A stretch of 63,245 bases of DNA, counting the filler, from Octopus bimaculoides (lineage: Eukaryota), in assembly GCF_001194135.2 (NCBI RefSeq). It is 5 parts of 5 records of this genome, joined end to end, with 100 filler letters (N's around TTAATTAATTAA, not from the genome) between each part and the next. Parts side by side here need not be neighbours in the genome. Positions count along the whole stretch, not along the records: positions 24,585 to 35,209 come from NC_069006.1; positions 35,310 to 45,625 come from NC_068998.1; 3 more parts are not named here. One strand, given 5' to 3'. Position numbers and translations under genes: made by a program. Each line of letters begins with the position of its first letter. The first letter of the stretch is position 1. The notes under the pieces were generated by a model. The model had not been told where the DNA came from. It saw nothing but the letters and a program-made list of their open reading frames with translations, and ran no database searches. Positions 24,620 to 37,188 of the stretch are shown here, piece after piece.

Positions 24620-25927
24620 TTACATACATTCATATGTTTATGTGCGTCTGTGTGTTTGCTCAATTACAGTCGATAGAATGAACGGTTAAGTCGACCTTGG
24701 GGGAATTTGAACTCAGAACGTAAAGATGGGCGAAACGCTTCTGAGCATTTTGTGCGACTTGCTAAGCATTTTGCCTGCTCGCCATCTTGATAATCCTTTC
24801 CGCTGTAGGCACAAGGCCTAGAATTTGAGGGGAGAAAGATGGTCAACCATATCGACCCTAGTAATTGACTGGTACTTAATTTATCGACTCAGAAAGGATG
24901 AAAGTCAAAATCGACTTCGGCCACAGTGGCTTCAAATTTTATCAACAATTATAAAAATAATCCTTTCTACTATAGGCGCATTACCTGAAATTTTGGGGGA
25001 GGGGCTTAAGTCGATTATTTCATCGACCCCGAAATAATTCAATCAAAGTCGGCCTCGGTGGAATTCGATCTAAGAATATGAAGACGGACGAAAAGCCGTT
25101 AAATATTGTGCCAGGGGTTGCTAGCTATTCTTCTCGCTCGCATCCTTAATGTGTGTCTATATATGTTAATATTCATTTTCTTTCAGGAGTCTCCGATTCT
25201 GCAAAATAAATATTCTGGTGTAGAAAGACATAAAAAAAAAGGAAAAAATTGGGGATAGAGAACGAGAGAAAGCGACACGGTGGTTTTCGGTTGATATCCT
25301 TCGCATTTTTAACATTTTTCTTGCAATTCTATGACCGTATAACTACATTTGCATACACATGCATATTAATTTCTTTTTGTAAACAAATTGAAAATTTGTC
25401 TTCTTCACGAATTTTACTTCTGCAGCTTGGTGATAAGAAAAATGGAGTGGGGTTCCTTTGTTTCGTGATATTACTTGCAAATTGCAGTATTTGAATCTAT
25501 TTCATGACTGACCCATGAATCTCTTTCTCTCCCTCCTCTCTCTCTCTCTCTGTATACTCACACATACGCTCATGTAGACATACACATCACACTTGTATAT
25601 ATAATAACTACACCAGTTAATTATAAACAACAACGTATACAAGTCATAAATTGTAAAAACCGTCTTTTGGAAGATTTCACGTTTAGATCCACAAGCATTG
25701 GCTCGGTGGACTGGACCTATAACGTCCACGATAGAGGTACACTCGCACGCGTTCAATCGTTAATACATGTTGGTGTTTGTATGTATATATGCATTCATGT
25801 AAATATGTATTTATGTATGAGTGTGTGTATGTATGCATGCGTGTATGTGTGCATGTACGTGCGTATGCATGTATGCATTTCAAATTTACAGAAAACAAAA
25901 GACGAAAACGACGATCAGGTGTATTAG

Positions 25928-26215
25928 TTTAACGTTTCGAGCCTACGTTCTTCGACAGAAAGGATTAAGAGGGAAAAAAACGGAGATTGTTATGAAGCAA
26001 TACTCACTCGTGAGTGACGGCTGGTTGTATTGTACAAGCTGGTATACCTAAAGGACGATTGTGATCCCGTTGCTGCTCCCTCGTTAGGTTTTAGTTGTGA
26101 AGTCATGCATCAACAAGATAGCTGGGTGTATTCCGAGGGGGGAAAGGGTTGTTATTTCGAAGTATCTCGTAGGAGGACATCTATTCGTTGATACATAGGA
26201 CAGTGTGCTGTAGTT
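25928..26215 (-). mobile_element. Probable Penelope-like 3' relic with a variant hammerhead-like motif at 25928-25961
   Basis: Minus strand has UUU CUGUCGA A GAAC-GUAG-GCUC GAAAC GUU AAA downstream of a decayed ORF-like stretch. Protein similarity is weak. Confidence 0.35.
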
Positions 26216-26639
26216 ATATGTAGCTTTTGCGCCTTTTTTCTATTTCTTTCTTTTTTTTTTTCGAGATCGATCGACCATGAATACGCTCAATTTCAATAGG
26301 ATTATGTGTCTGAATAGAGAAATCAATAAATTTTGACATTCTTTCAATGGACAATATTTGTAAAATGGCCGAAATGTGTTTAGGCTTTTTTTTCACCATT
26401 TTTTTTTTTTTTTTTTATAGAGAGAGACTTCTTCTCATTGTCCACCATGTTGTTTGGAAGTCTGTATTAATTTCCTGAGATTTTTTTCCCCCGTTTCTAA
26501 ATAGAATTTTAGAAAGAATTATCGAAAATTTAAATAAATAAGCGAAAAAAAAAAAAAAAAACCAACAATAATGTTTTTTATCAATAATCTTTTCCCCCTC
26601 TTCTCTGAATTAAATAATTATAAAAATGTGCACAGTTAT

Positions 26640-26795
26640 ATATGAATACACATATGTCTGTATATGTAGTGTATATGCATGTGCATATACATACATGCAT
26701 ACATATATATAAATATACATATATACATATACACACACATGTATATATATATACATATATATTAATACATATACATACGTGTATACATATATAAT

Positions 26796-26861
<66 letters not shown>

Positions 26862-27086
26862 TATATTCATGTGTATATATTTTTATATACAATCACACAG
26901 AGTTCAATATATGTGTACCTGTATGTATATGTATATATATGTGTGTGTGTGTGTGTATACATTTGTGTGCGTATATATATGTATACACTTATACATAGTT
27001 CAATGTATATGCTTATATATAAACATGTGTATAGATATGTGTAAATATATATATATATATATATGTGTGTGTATATATAGACATGG

Positions 27087-27117
<31 letters not shown>

Positions 27118-27160
27118 TATATAAGTGTGTCTGCGTGGGTCCGGGCATTTGTGTGTTTGN
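26640..27160. repeat. (TA)/(TG)/(TATG) low-complexity tract
   Basis: Direct inspection. Confidence 0.9.
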
Positions 27161-28144
27161 NNNNNNNNNNNNNNNNNNNNNNNNNNNNNNNNNNNNNNNN
27201 NNNNNNNNNNNNNNNNNNNNNNNNNNNNNNNNNNNNNNNNNNNNNNNNNNNNNNNNNNNNNNNNNNNNNNNNNNNNNNNNNNNNNNNNNNNNNNNNNNNN
27301 NNNNNNNNNNNNNNNNNNNNNNNNNNNNNNNNNNNNNNNNNNNNNNNNNNNNNNNNNNNNNNNNNNNNNNNNNNNNNNNNNNNNNNNNNNNNNNNNNNNN
27401 NNNNNNNNNNNNNNNNNNNNNNNNNNNNNNNNNNNNNNNNNNNNNNNNNNNNNNNNNNNNNNNNNNNNNNNNNNNNNNNNNNNNNNNNNNNNNNNNNNNN
27501 NNNNNNNNNNNNNNNNNNNNNNNNNNNNNNNNNNNNNNNNNNNNNNNNNNNNNNNNNNNNNNNNNNNNNNNNNNNNNNNNNNNNNNNNNNNNNNNNNNNN
27601 NNNNNNNNNNNNNNNNNNNNNNNNNNNNNNNNNNNNNNNNNNNNNNNNNNNNNNNNNNNNNNNNNNNNNNNNNNNNNNNNNNNNNNNNNNNNNNNNNNNN
27701 NNNNNNNNNNNNNNNNNNNNNNNNNNNNNNNNNNNNNNNNNNNNNNNNNNNNNNNNNNNNNNNNNNNNNNNNNNNNNNNNNNNNNNNNNNNNNNNNNNNN
27801 NNNNNNNNNNNNNNNNNNNNNNNNNNNNNNNNNNNNNNNNNNNNNNNNNNNNNNNNNNNNNNNNNNNNNNNNNNNNNNNNNNNNNNNNNNNNNNNNNNNN
27901 NNNNNNNNNNNNNNNNNNNNNNNNNNNNNNNNNNNNNNNNNNNNNNNNNNNNNNNNNNNNNNNNNNNNNNNNNNNNNNNNNNNNNNNNNNNNNNNNNNNN
28001 NNNNNNNNNNNNNNNNNNNNNNNNNNNNNNNNNNNNNNNNNNNNNNNNNNNNNNNNNTCTTTGTTAGAGAAGAGTAAGATTCGTTGTGTTTTGCGACAGA
28101 GAAGAGTGACAGCGTTTAGCATGAAAGAGGTAAGAATGGCGGCG

Positions 28145-28214
28145 CTTTGCTTGAGAGGAGAGTTGGCAAGAGAGAGGGCTTGGCAGATGAGGGGTAAGAG
28201 TTGGCAGGAGAGAG

Positions 28215-28253
<39 letters not shown>

Positions 28254-28288
28254 ACAGAAGAGAGGTAAGAGTTGGCAGGAGATAGGTA

Positions 28289-28321
<33 letters not shown>

Positions 28322-28487
28322 GAGCTTGGCAGAAGAGAGGTACGAGTTGGCAAGAGAGAGAAAGAGAGAGAGAGACAGAGAGAGAGACAGAGAGAGAGAA
28401 AGAGAGAGCTTAGCAAGAGAGAGGTAAGAGTTGGTAAGAGAGAGAGAGAGCTTGGCAGGAGAGACGTGAGAGTTGGCAAGAGAGAGA

Positions 28488-28540
<53 letters not shown>

Positions 28541-28665
28541 AGAGAGCTTAACAGGAGAGATGTACGGGTGGGCAAGCGAGTGGGCTTGTTAGGAGAGAGG
28601 TAAGAGTTGGCTAAGAGAGAGAGAGGGCTTGGGAAGAGAGAGGTAAGAGTGACGGCACTTTGCAA
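28145..28665. repeat. (GA)n-embedded minisatellite with recurring gagaggtaagagttggcaag motif
   Basis: The motif recurs about nine times between (GA)n runs. Confidence 0.85.
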
Positions 28666-28872
28666 GAGTGAGATGGAGTTTTGCTACAGAGACGAGTGAT
28701 GGCGCCCTGCAAGGGAGATGTAATAGTGACAGCACTTTGTTATAGAGAAGTGTGCTAGCCCTTCGCTAGGGACTGGCGGCGAGAAGACTGAATATGAAAT
28801 GTTAGATGCCCCCTATCTCCTGATAAAATACTGGCCTTGTGCCAGAATTTGAGATAAATATAAAGAAATATG

Positions 28873-29100
28873 AAGGGCCAGGCGAAGCAGCAGAATCGTT
28901 AGCACACCGGGAAAAACACTTAGCGACATTTCGTCCATTTTTACGTTCCGCGTTTAAATTCAATCGAGATCGACTTTTCCTTTCATCAATCCGGGGTCGA
29001 AAAAATAGCTACTAATAGATGAATACTGGGGTTGAAATAATGGACTATCTCTACCCCCCGCCCCTCAAATTGTTGGCCTTGTGCCAAAATTTGACACTAA
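28873..29100 (+). mobile_element. Family A SINE
   Basis: gcagaatcgttagcacaccggg...tcgacttttcctttcatc..ggggtcg...ttggccttgtgccaaaattt. Confidence 0.75.
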
Positions 29101-29399
29101 TAAGTACCAGCTGTATACTGCGGTCAGTACAATGAGGTGTGGTCTGCTACTGTCTTGGAAACAATGGAACTTGTGACTTGTGGACACCAGATCGATATTT
29201 TTTAATTAATATTTTTCATATTGGAAAGGCTCATCAATATTGTAATCTATTCTGACACCGCCTGTTCGTTGAATCAATAGAATTGAAAGAATAAGTGAAT
29301 AATGGAATAATTGAATGAAAGAACGACTAAACGAAGACAGAAATGAATGAATTCATGGATGTACGGAGTGGGTGAACGGAGCCGGTCCGAGTTCGCACT

Positions 29400-29460
29400 C
29401 ATTGGATGATAGTAAAGGTGATGACGATGCTGATGATTGTGGTGATGAGTGTGATGCTGG

Positions 29461-29503
<43 letters not shown>

Positions 29504-29620
29504 GATGATGAAGATGAAGATGATGATGANNNNNNNNNNATGATGATGATGATGATGAAGATGATGAAGATGAAGATGATGATGATGATGATGATGAAGA
29601 TGATGATGATGATGATGGTG
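29400..29620. repeat. (GAT)n microsatellite
   Basis: Direct inspection. Confidence 0.95.
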
Positions 29621-30520
29621 ATGGGCGTAGGCGTGGCTATGCGGTAAGAAGTCTGCTTCCCAACGACTTTTCAACACCTTTATCCTCTGGCTGGACTGGC
29701 CAGATTGCCAGCTTGCCCGACGGCAAGTGGGCCCCTGCGCCGTTAGAATCCATACATGGGGGCCCATGTTAGTATCTAAGGGGCCCATCCTCTCAAGTTT
29801 GAGAATTCTTTATTCACTCCTGGAAGAATGCATTAATTATTTCAGCCTGGCTGTGTTTGTAAACAGTTAAAAAGAATACTTCTAACAAAAAAAAAAAAAA
29901 AATAATAATAATAATAAATAAATAAATTTATAGCATTGTAGGTGCGGGTAGGCCCCCCTTAGTCTCCTGGCAACCAATATTTTTAGACTCAGTTCACCAC
30001 TGCCTCTGAATATATGCTTATTTTTTTGTGGGATATATTTAAGTGTTTTATTGTTATTCTTTAACACTTTAGAAGTCAAAGCGGTCGCCANNNNNNNNNN
30101 NNNNNNNNNNNNNNNNNNNNNNNNNNNNNNNNNNNNNNNNNNNNNNNNNNNNNNNNNNNNNNNNNNNNNNNNNNNNNNNNNNNNNNNNNNNNNNNNNNNN
30201 NNNNNNNNNNNNNNNNNNNNNNNNNNNNNNNNNNNNNNNNNNNNNNNNNNNNNNNNNNNNNNNNNNNNNNNNNNNNNNNNNNNNNNNNNNNNNNNNNNNN
30301 NNNNNNNNNNNNNNNNNNNNNNNNNNNNNNNNNNNNNNNNNNNNNNNNNNNNNNNNNNNNNNNNNNNNNNNNNNNNNNNNNNNNNNNNNNNNNNNNNNNN
30401 NNNNNNNNNNNNNNNNNNNNNNNNNNNNNNNNNNNNNNNNNNNNNNNNNNNNNNNNNNNNNNNNNNNNNNNNNNNNNNNNNNNNNNNNNNNNNNNNNNNN
30501 NNNNNNNNNNNNNNNNNNNN

Positions 30521-30626
<106 letters not shown>

Positions 30627-31157
30627 TGTGTATTCCATATGTACATGCGGTTGTATGTATGTGATCAGTCAAGGAACCTTAAAAGTAATTCCTGGAACAC
30701 ATAGCAGCTTTCCACTGTACCAATAATCGATTATATTTGCAAAATGCAGATCAGTTTACTGAGTTCTTTCTCAGATGAAAGCAGCCTCTCTAGTTTTAGT
30801 CTGTTAAACAACTCTGTAGTTCTCTAGCTTGCAGGATACGTACCCATGCATAACTTGCCGTTGATCTGATGAATATTTCTCTTCAGTCCAACCATTCTTG
30901 GTTCACATGGGAATCTGTACACTCAGAGACTCGTTCAGAAGTTCTGTCGCTAATTTCTTGACAGTATTAGATCTGTTATTAAGTATACAAGCAAAGTACC
31001 CGTTTCTCTCTTTTCTGTTCAGTAGCTCGGCTCTCATGGATGAGATACGGCATTCAAAGTCCGCGTGGACTGTTCTCATGTGGCTCTTTTCCATTCTTCC
31101 GTTTAACCTAGATCCTGATAGTTTCACTGTTGGGGTGGAAGTTATCACTTAGTGTTA

Positions 31158-31361
31158 CTGGGTTTGTACGTAATTATTGCGGCTTTTTTTTTTTCAACAA
31201 ATTTTATTCAACAAAAACAATAACATATTTAACAAAAACATCTTTAAATGATGGTCTGATCGTCTGCCAAGCAAATGGGAAGCAGTAATTGAAGTAGATG
31301 GTGAATATGCTCCGGAATAATCATTTAAAGATGCATTTGTTACATGTTATTGTTTTTGTTG
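31158..31361 (+). mobile_element. Mariner-derived fold-back/MITE; right end lies in the gap
   Basis: TA followed by a TIR-like CTGGGTTTGTACGTAATTATTGCGGCTTTT resembling Hsmar1-type TIRs. Transposase C-terminus DRLPSKWEAVIEVDGEYAPE* at 31258-31320. Inverted arms at 31209-31251 and 31321-31361. Confidence 0.7.
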
Positions 31362-32391
31362 NNNNNNNNNNNNNNNNNNNNNNNNNNNNNNNNNNNNNNN
31401 NNNNNNNNNNNNNNNNNNNNNNNNNNNNNNNNNNNNNNNNNNNNNNNNNNNNNNNNNNNNNNNNNNNNNNNNNNNNNNNNNNNNNNNNNNNNNNNNNNNN
31501 NNNNNNNNNNNNNNNNNNNNNNNNNNNNNNNNNNNNNNNNNNNNNNNNNNNNNNNNNNNNNNNNNNNNNNNNNNNNNNNNNNNNNNNNNNNNNNNNNNNN
31601 NNNNNNNNNNNNNNNNNNNNNNNNNNNNNNNNNNNNNNNNNNNNNNNNNNNNNNNNNNNNNNNNNNNNNNNNNNNNNNNNNNNNNNNNNNNNNNNNNNNN
31701 NNNNNNNNNNNNNNNNNNNNNNNNNNNNNNNNNNNNNNNNNNNNNNNNNNNNNNNNNNNNNNNNNNNNNNNNNNNNNNNNNNNNNNNNNNNNNNNNNNNN
31801 NNNNNNNNNNNNNNNNNNNNNNNNNNNNNNNNNNNNNNNNNNNNNNAGTTCCAGAATTTTCTTACGATTACAAAGTTTTTTTTTTATTTACAGCGCGCAG
31901 TTTATGTCTAAGAGCACTTAGTTTATTCGTTAGTGTTTCGCGTCGACATTTCCCATAGGCATTAGATTGTCTATCATAATGTCGCAGATGGTGGCTCGCG
32001 AATAGATAACTCACTTTTCTCTTGATAAAATTACATCGTAATTTTTCACCATTTTTTCTGAGCCTGTCGATATTTGTCTCAAAAAAAAAAAAAAAACTAA
32101 ATCATTTTGATTGTAAATTCTCGTTGCCATCGATCTCTGCTACTGCCATCTGTTGTGGAATGGCAACTGCAACATTCTTGGAGATTCAATGTCCAAAAGT
32201 TGGAAATCTCGATCTCTAAGCTTAGCAAATTGATCGATCAAAAATGTGATCAATTAATTTGGTATTGTATCGATTCATGTTGTAATTATTTCCCCACGTA
32301 ATTGCTTATTAATGTAAACGGACAGCTTTTTGTTTGAATTTAGTTGATAACCGTGCTTTTATTTGTTTTCATTCCTCCGTTCATTATTAGT

Positions 32392-32890
32392 GTAACAAGC
32401 TAGCAGAGTCGTTAGAAGGCCAGATAGGATGCATAGCGGTTTTCCTGCTGGCGGTTTACGTTCTGAGTTCCAATTCCGCTTTTCTTGTTTGCGTGGGTTG
32501 ATGAAATAAGTACCAGCTGAGTTACTGGGGTCGATATAATCGACTTACCCACTCTCCCAAAATTTCAGGCCTTGTGCTCTATAGTAGCGGCAAGTTAGCA
32601 CAATCGGTAGCATGCCGGACAAAATGCTTAGAAGCATTTCTTTCATCTTCTTGCGTTGTGAGTTCAAATTCTAGTAAGGCTGACATTACCTTTCATCCTT
32701 CCGAGGTCGATGAAAAAGTACGTGGCTGCGTAGTAAGTAACTTGCTTATCAACCACGTTGTTCTGGGTTCAATCCTACTGTGTGGCACCTTGGGCAACTG
32801 TCTTCTACTATAGCCTCGGGCCGACCAAAGCCTTGTGAGTGGCCGCAGTCTTTTGACCGAAACAAGTAAAAGGATAAACGATGAAAGGTA
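32392..32890 (+). mobile_element. Tandem cluster of two family A SINEs and one internally deleted family B SINE
   Basis: A heads near 32395 and 32585. B head near 32735 is fused directly to the ggccgcagtc...gaaacaagtaaaag tail. Confidence 0.7.
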
Positions 32891-33589
32891 AAAAAATTTT
32901 TTTTTTAAATAACCAAGCATCACAACATAGTTTATACGTTGCTCTACCGACTCTACAAAAGCGCCTAGCAATATAAACGCTGTTATATTTTTGGTAACTT
33001 ATGTAACTAAATTCACCAATGCTTTGTCGATATCAAACGAAAACTTATAATCAAACTGCTACAATGGCGACAAGTTCCACATCAGCTGACCTGATCATTC
33101 ATCGTGTATTTTTTGTTATTTTCATATTTTACTGTTTCACTAACTGTTGACGTAACATTGAAAGCAATGGAGCACAGAGATGTTTCCAGAAACAACGGAG
33201 ACATTGTGCTTTGTATTCAGGCTCTCGTCCTCTCTTCCGCTGTCTAATTCTTTCCCGTTTTCTTTCTCTCATCCTTCTGTGTCCCTCTCTCTCTCAGTCT
33301 CTTCATACGCTCTCTCTCTCTCTCTCTCTCTCTCGCTCTCACTCTCTCACACCCTCTCTCGATATATACATCCTACCCCACTCTCTGTCTCTGTTTCTGT
33401 CTATGTTTCTCTCTCTCCCTCTCTCTTTCTTTTTCTCCTTGTATCTTGCTGAGTCATTCCTGGTCTTTTGCCAATATATATGGCCGCCATTATGCATTTT
33501 CTGTATTATTCTCTTCGTCTTTCTGTCGTTTTGACTCTGTATTACTTTATATTTTCTGTTTGTCTCCCTGCTTCTCTGTTTGCCTCTCT

Positions 33590-33607
33590 ACCTGTCTGTC
33601 TGTCTGT

Positions 33608-33668
<61 letters not shown>

Positions 33669-33669
33669 C

Positions 33670-33741
<72 letters not shown>

Positions 33742-33760
33742 GTCTATTTATCTATCTGTG
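33590..33760. repeat. (CTAT)n microsatellite
   Basis: Direct inspection. Confidence 0.95.
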
Positions 33761-34082
33761 TGTGTGCGTATATATNNNNNNNNNNNNNNNNNNNNNNNNN
33801 NNNNNNNNNNNNNNNNNNNNNNNNNNNNNNNNNNNNNNNNNNNNNNNNNNNNNNNNNNNNNNNNNNNNNNNNNNNNNNNNNNNNNNNNNNNNNNNNNNNN
33901 NNNNNNNNNNNNNNNNNNNNNATATATATATGTATGTATCAATATCTATATCTATGTAAACATATGTATGCATTTAAAACTACATATGCATATTTATATA
34001 CATATACGAACATACATGTCTTTACATTTGCATACATATATACATATAATGGCTATTGAACTCACACATATATATACATATT

Positions 34083-34115
<33 letters not shown>

Positions 34116-34540
34116 TTGTGTGTGTTTGTGTGTGTTTGTGTGTGTGTTTGTGTATTAATATATATTATCACGTATATACACACATCGATATATAATATAG
34201 ACACTGCGATAGATTTATACTGAAACTCAATCTATCAATCGAGTTATGATCAATATAGACATGAATCATATGAACCTTAATGCCGAATATTTGGTTTTAT
34301 GATTCGTGACATTTTGGTGAATAGTGTTTTGCACAACAAGACACTCGACACCAATTGCCAGCCATATTAATAGTCAAACATTCAGATTTTCTTCGTACGT
34401 TCCATTCACGGTGAAGCAAGCCGGAGGCAGGAATTAACACGATGTATGTGTGTGTGTGTATGCATGTATGTGCGTGTGTATGTATGTATGTGTGTATGTG
34501 TGTGTATGTGTATGTATGCATGTGTGAATGTGTGTATGTG

Positions 34541-34572
<32 letters not shown>

Positions 34573-34769
34573 CATGTATGTATGTGTATGTTTGTGTGTA
34601 TATATGTGTGTACGTGTGTATCTGTAGGTATGTATGCATTTGTATGGCTTTGAAGATGCTTTCTTGTTCTTTTTATGAAGTGTCCTGTTCGTTATGTCCC
34701 AGAGGTATTCAATAGGATTCATATCTGGTGACTGGCTTGACCATGGAAGCTATTTAATGCCATTATTAT

Positions 34770-34860
34770 CCAACAAATCTTGCCCAAGGTGCCACGTAGT
34801 GGGACTGAACCCAGAACCATGTGGTTGGGAAGCAAGCTTCTTACCACACAACCACGCCAT
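34770..34860 (-). mobile_element. Family B SINE head fragment
   Basis: ttgcccaaggtgccacgtagtgggactgaacccagaaccatgtggttgggaagcaagcttcttaccacac. Confidence 0.75.
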
Positions 34861-35148
34861 ATATTTAATCACGTATAGACAGTATATGTGTGTTTGTATA
34901 TGTGTGTGTGCGTGCGTGTGTGCCTGCGTATGTGTGAGCGTGTGTGAGAAAGAGAGATAGATAGATAAACAATTAGATAGCGAGATATGCAAATATATGT
35001 ATATATACACCAATTTAAAGGGAGTAACAGAAAGAGAAAGAAAGAAAGAGAGAGAGAGAGAGATAGCAGAAAGAAAGAGATAGAGTGAGAGAGAATGGAA
35101 GAGAGACAAAGAGAAGAGCCAAGCGGAAGAAAGATAAATGAGAGAGTG

Positions 35149-35193
<45 letters not shown>

Positions 35194-35432
35194 AAGAGAG
35201 AGAGAGAGANNNNNNNNNNNNNNNNNNNNNNNNNNNNNNNNNNNNNNNNNNNNTTAATTAATTAANNNNNNNNNNNNNNNNNNNNNNNNNNNNNNNNNNN
35301 NNNNNNNNNTATACATATATATATACATAATACACACACACACGTGCATGTGCACACACACACACACATGCACACACACACACATGCACACACACATACA
35401 TATATACATGTATGTGTATATATACATATATA

Positions 35433-37149
35433 TCTGTTATATAAAAGTCAATGTCTTTATGTGTGTTATAGACTCAAAAACTACTGCACCGATTCCTAAT
35501 GAAATTTGGAACACAAAATCCAAGCCTAGGGAGAAGGGTAATGCAGTATGTTTTATACAATTTCATGGACCAAAATTACTGAATGAATCCTCATAATATT
35601 TTGAACTTAGATTCAATGCATAAGGGCAAGTATAATGCAGTATGTTTGGTTTGAATTTTAGGTGGTTTAAAGGGAGCAGAACCGCCATGAAAATTCATAA
35701 ATTTTTCATGTTGATGAAATTTCAACCATAGGTAATTGGCATACCTCAAGAAGTATTCCCAAAGTTTCTGATTCTTATGAGGATTCTAAGACCCCCACCT
35801 AATGGGGGCCTTAACTCCCAAATTTTAATCATTTTTTATGATCTAAAACTAGGTCAAAAGTACTGAATGGATCTTTATGAAATTTGGAAATTATATTCTA
35901 TGCATAAGGACAGATGTAATACAATATATGTTTGAAAGTGAGGGGGTATAAATGAGGCCATAACCCCCATGAAAATTCATATATTTTTACTGTTGATGAA
36001 ATTTTAACCATAGATATTAAATGCAAATGAATTTTCCTAAAATTTCTATTTCTTAGGAGTTAGTAAGACCCCTTAATGGGGGCTTAACCCCCACAATTTA
36101 GTCCTTTTTCCTAAGCCAAGACAAATTCAAATGTACTCTTGGCAACTGTAGAGTCACCTGAGCATACAAGATGGGAGTTATTTGTAATTCAATGATACAA
36201 CAGTGAAAGAGTTTGCTCTGAGATATACTTAGATTATGATTTCTGGAATGTGATGCATAAATTGTCAAGTAAAGGAGAGGCATTTTTGCCTCCACTGATT
36301 CAGTTGCAAAGTGTTATTTTGAGTAAAGTTATTTGGTTGCAGACCTCCTTTGAGTCTTTTTATTATCATTGGGTTAGAGATGGTCCCCAGATGGTAACAT
36401 TGATTTCAAAGCCTTTCCAGATAAGTGATTGGTCATTCAAAGAGATTTATAGATTGCAAATTTATTCTGTTCAGTTACCTATCAGCATAGTGATCATTGG
36501 CAAACTTCAGAGGTGACACTTTCATTTCCTCTTAATTTTTATTTGAGTTGGGTCACTCCCTTCCAATTGCTATAGATCCGTAATGCATCTTACGGCTGTG
36601 CCTATCACCTGTATGGTGAGGAATCCTACACTGGGGTGTGGTAACGACTGGGGTAGGGTAGCTGACTGCTTATTGTGATCATTCGTCTTTTGCTTTCCTG
36701 TAGCTTTGCTCTCTTTTACAAACCCAATGAACATTCATATGTTTCCATTTTCAAAGAAATTTGAACAATAAATACAAGACACAAGTTAGAAGAGACTCCC
36801 AACAATTCAACTTCTCTGGTTGACTTTAAGACCCCCTAATAGGGGCCTTAACTCCCACATTTTAGAGCTCCATGTGCTCTATTTTTCAGGAGTAAAAACA
36901 TTTGAATGGGTTTTATAAGATTTGGATTTTGGAATCTGTGCATAAAGATGAGTAGTATGGGATAAATATGTCATGATTAGAATTCTTGTTAGGGTGTGTA
37001 AAGAAGGAAAGAACTCTCATTAAAATTTTTAATCTACAATTTTGGTGAAATTCGAATCATGTGTGTTCCAGTTCATTAGAAAAAATATAAAAGAAAAGTC
37101 TAATTCTTCAATTCCATGTGACACGGGCAACGCTGGGTATCTCTGCTAG
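35433..37149 (+). mobile_element. Non-autonomous Helitron-like element
   Basis: A|TC...CTAG|T boundaries, a degenerate subterminal hairpin (cgggcaacgctggg), and three internal aagacccc..aatgggg..ttaac repeats near 35788, 36065 and 36828. Confidence 0.55.
36110..36530 (-). mobile_element. Decayed L2/CR1-type reverse transcriptase fragment inside the Helitron-like element
   Basis: Frameshifted minus-strand motifs LKFAND-TMLIG (FADD-like) and QCYHLGTI (YKYLG-like), with many stops. Confidence 0.4.

Positions 37150-37188
<39 letters not shown>

Larger units (their letters stand above)
23255..25140 (-). mobile_element. Cluster of about seven family A SINE copies or fragments, all on the minus strand
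   Basis: Repeated ..ctcggcggaatt.gaactcaga...gcatttt.. blocks near 23330, 23550, 23760, 23970, 24700, 24900 and 25050. Confidence 0.75.

Noticed and set aside
25187-25217. Acceptor-like ttttctttcag followed by a short open stretch, considered as the PDE4 linker exon
   Set aside because: No convincing donor, wrong phase and no sequence similarity.
27013-28665. 550-aa Leu/Ser-rich ORF
   Set aside because: Translation of a (GA)n minisatellite and an N gap.
29685-30005. Possible hAT-like MITE (ggactggcc ... cagttcaccactg)
   Set aside because: The left TIR and TSD cannot be matched cleanly.
30700-31150. Unique-looking stretch with overlapping ORFs of 81-84 aa
   Set aside because: No recognisable motif and in-frame stops on extension; possibly an old TE relic but unsupported.
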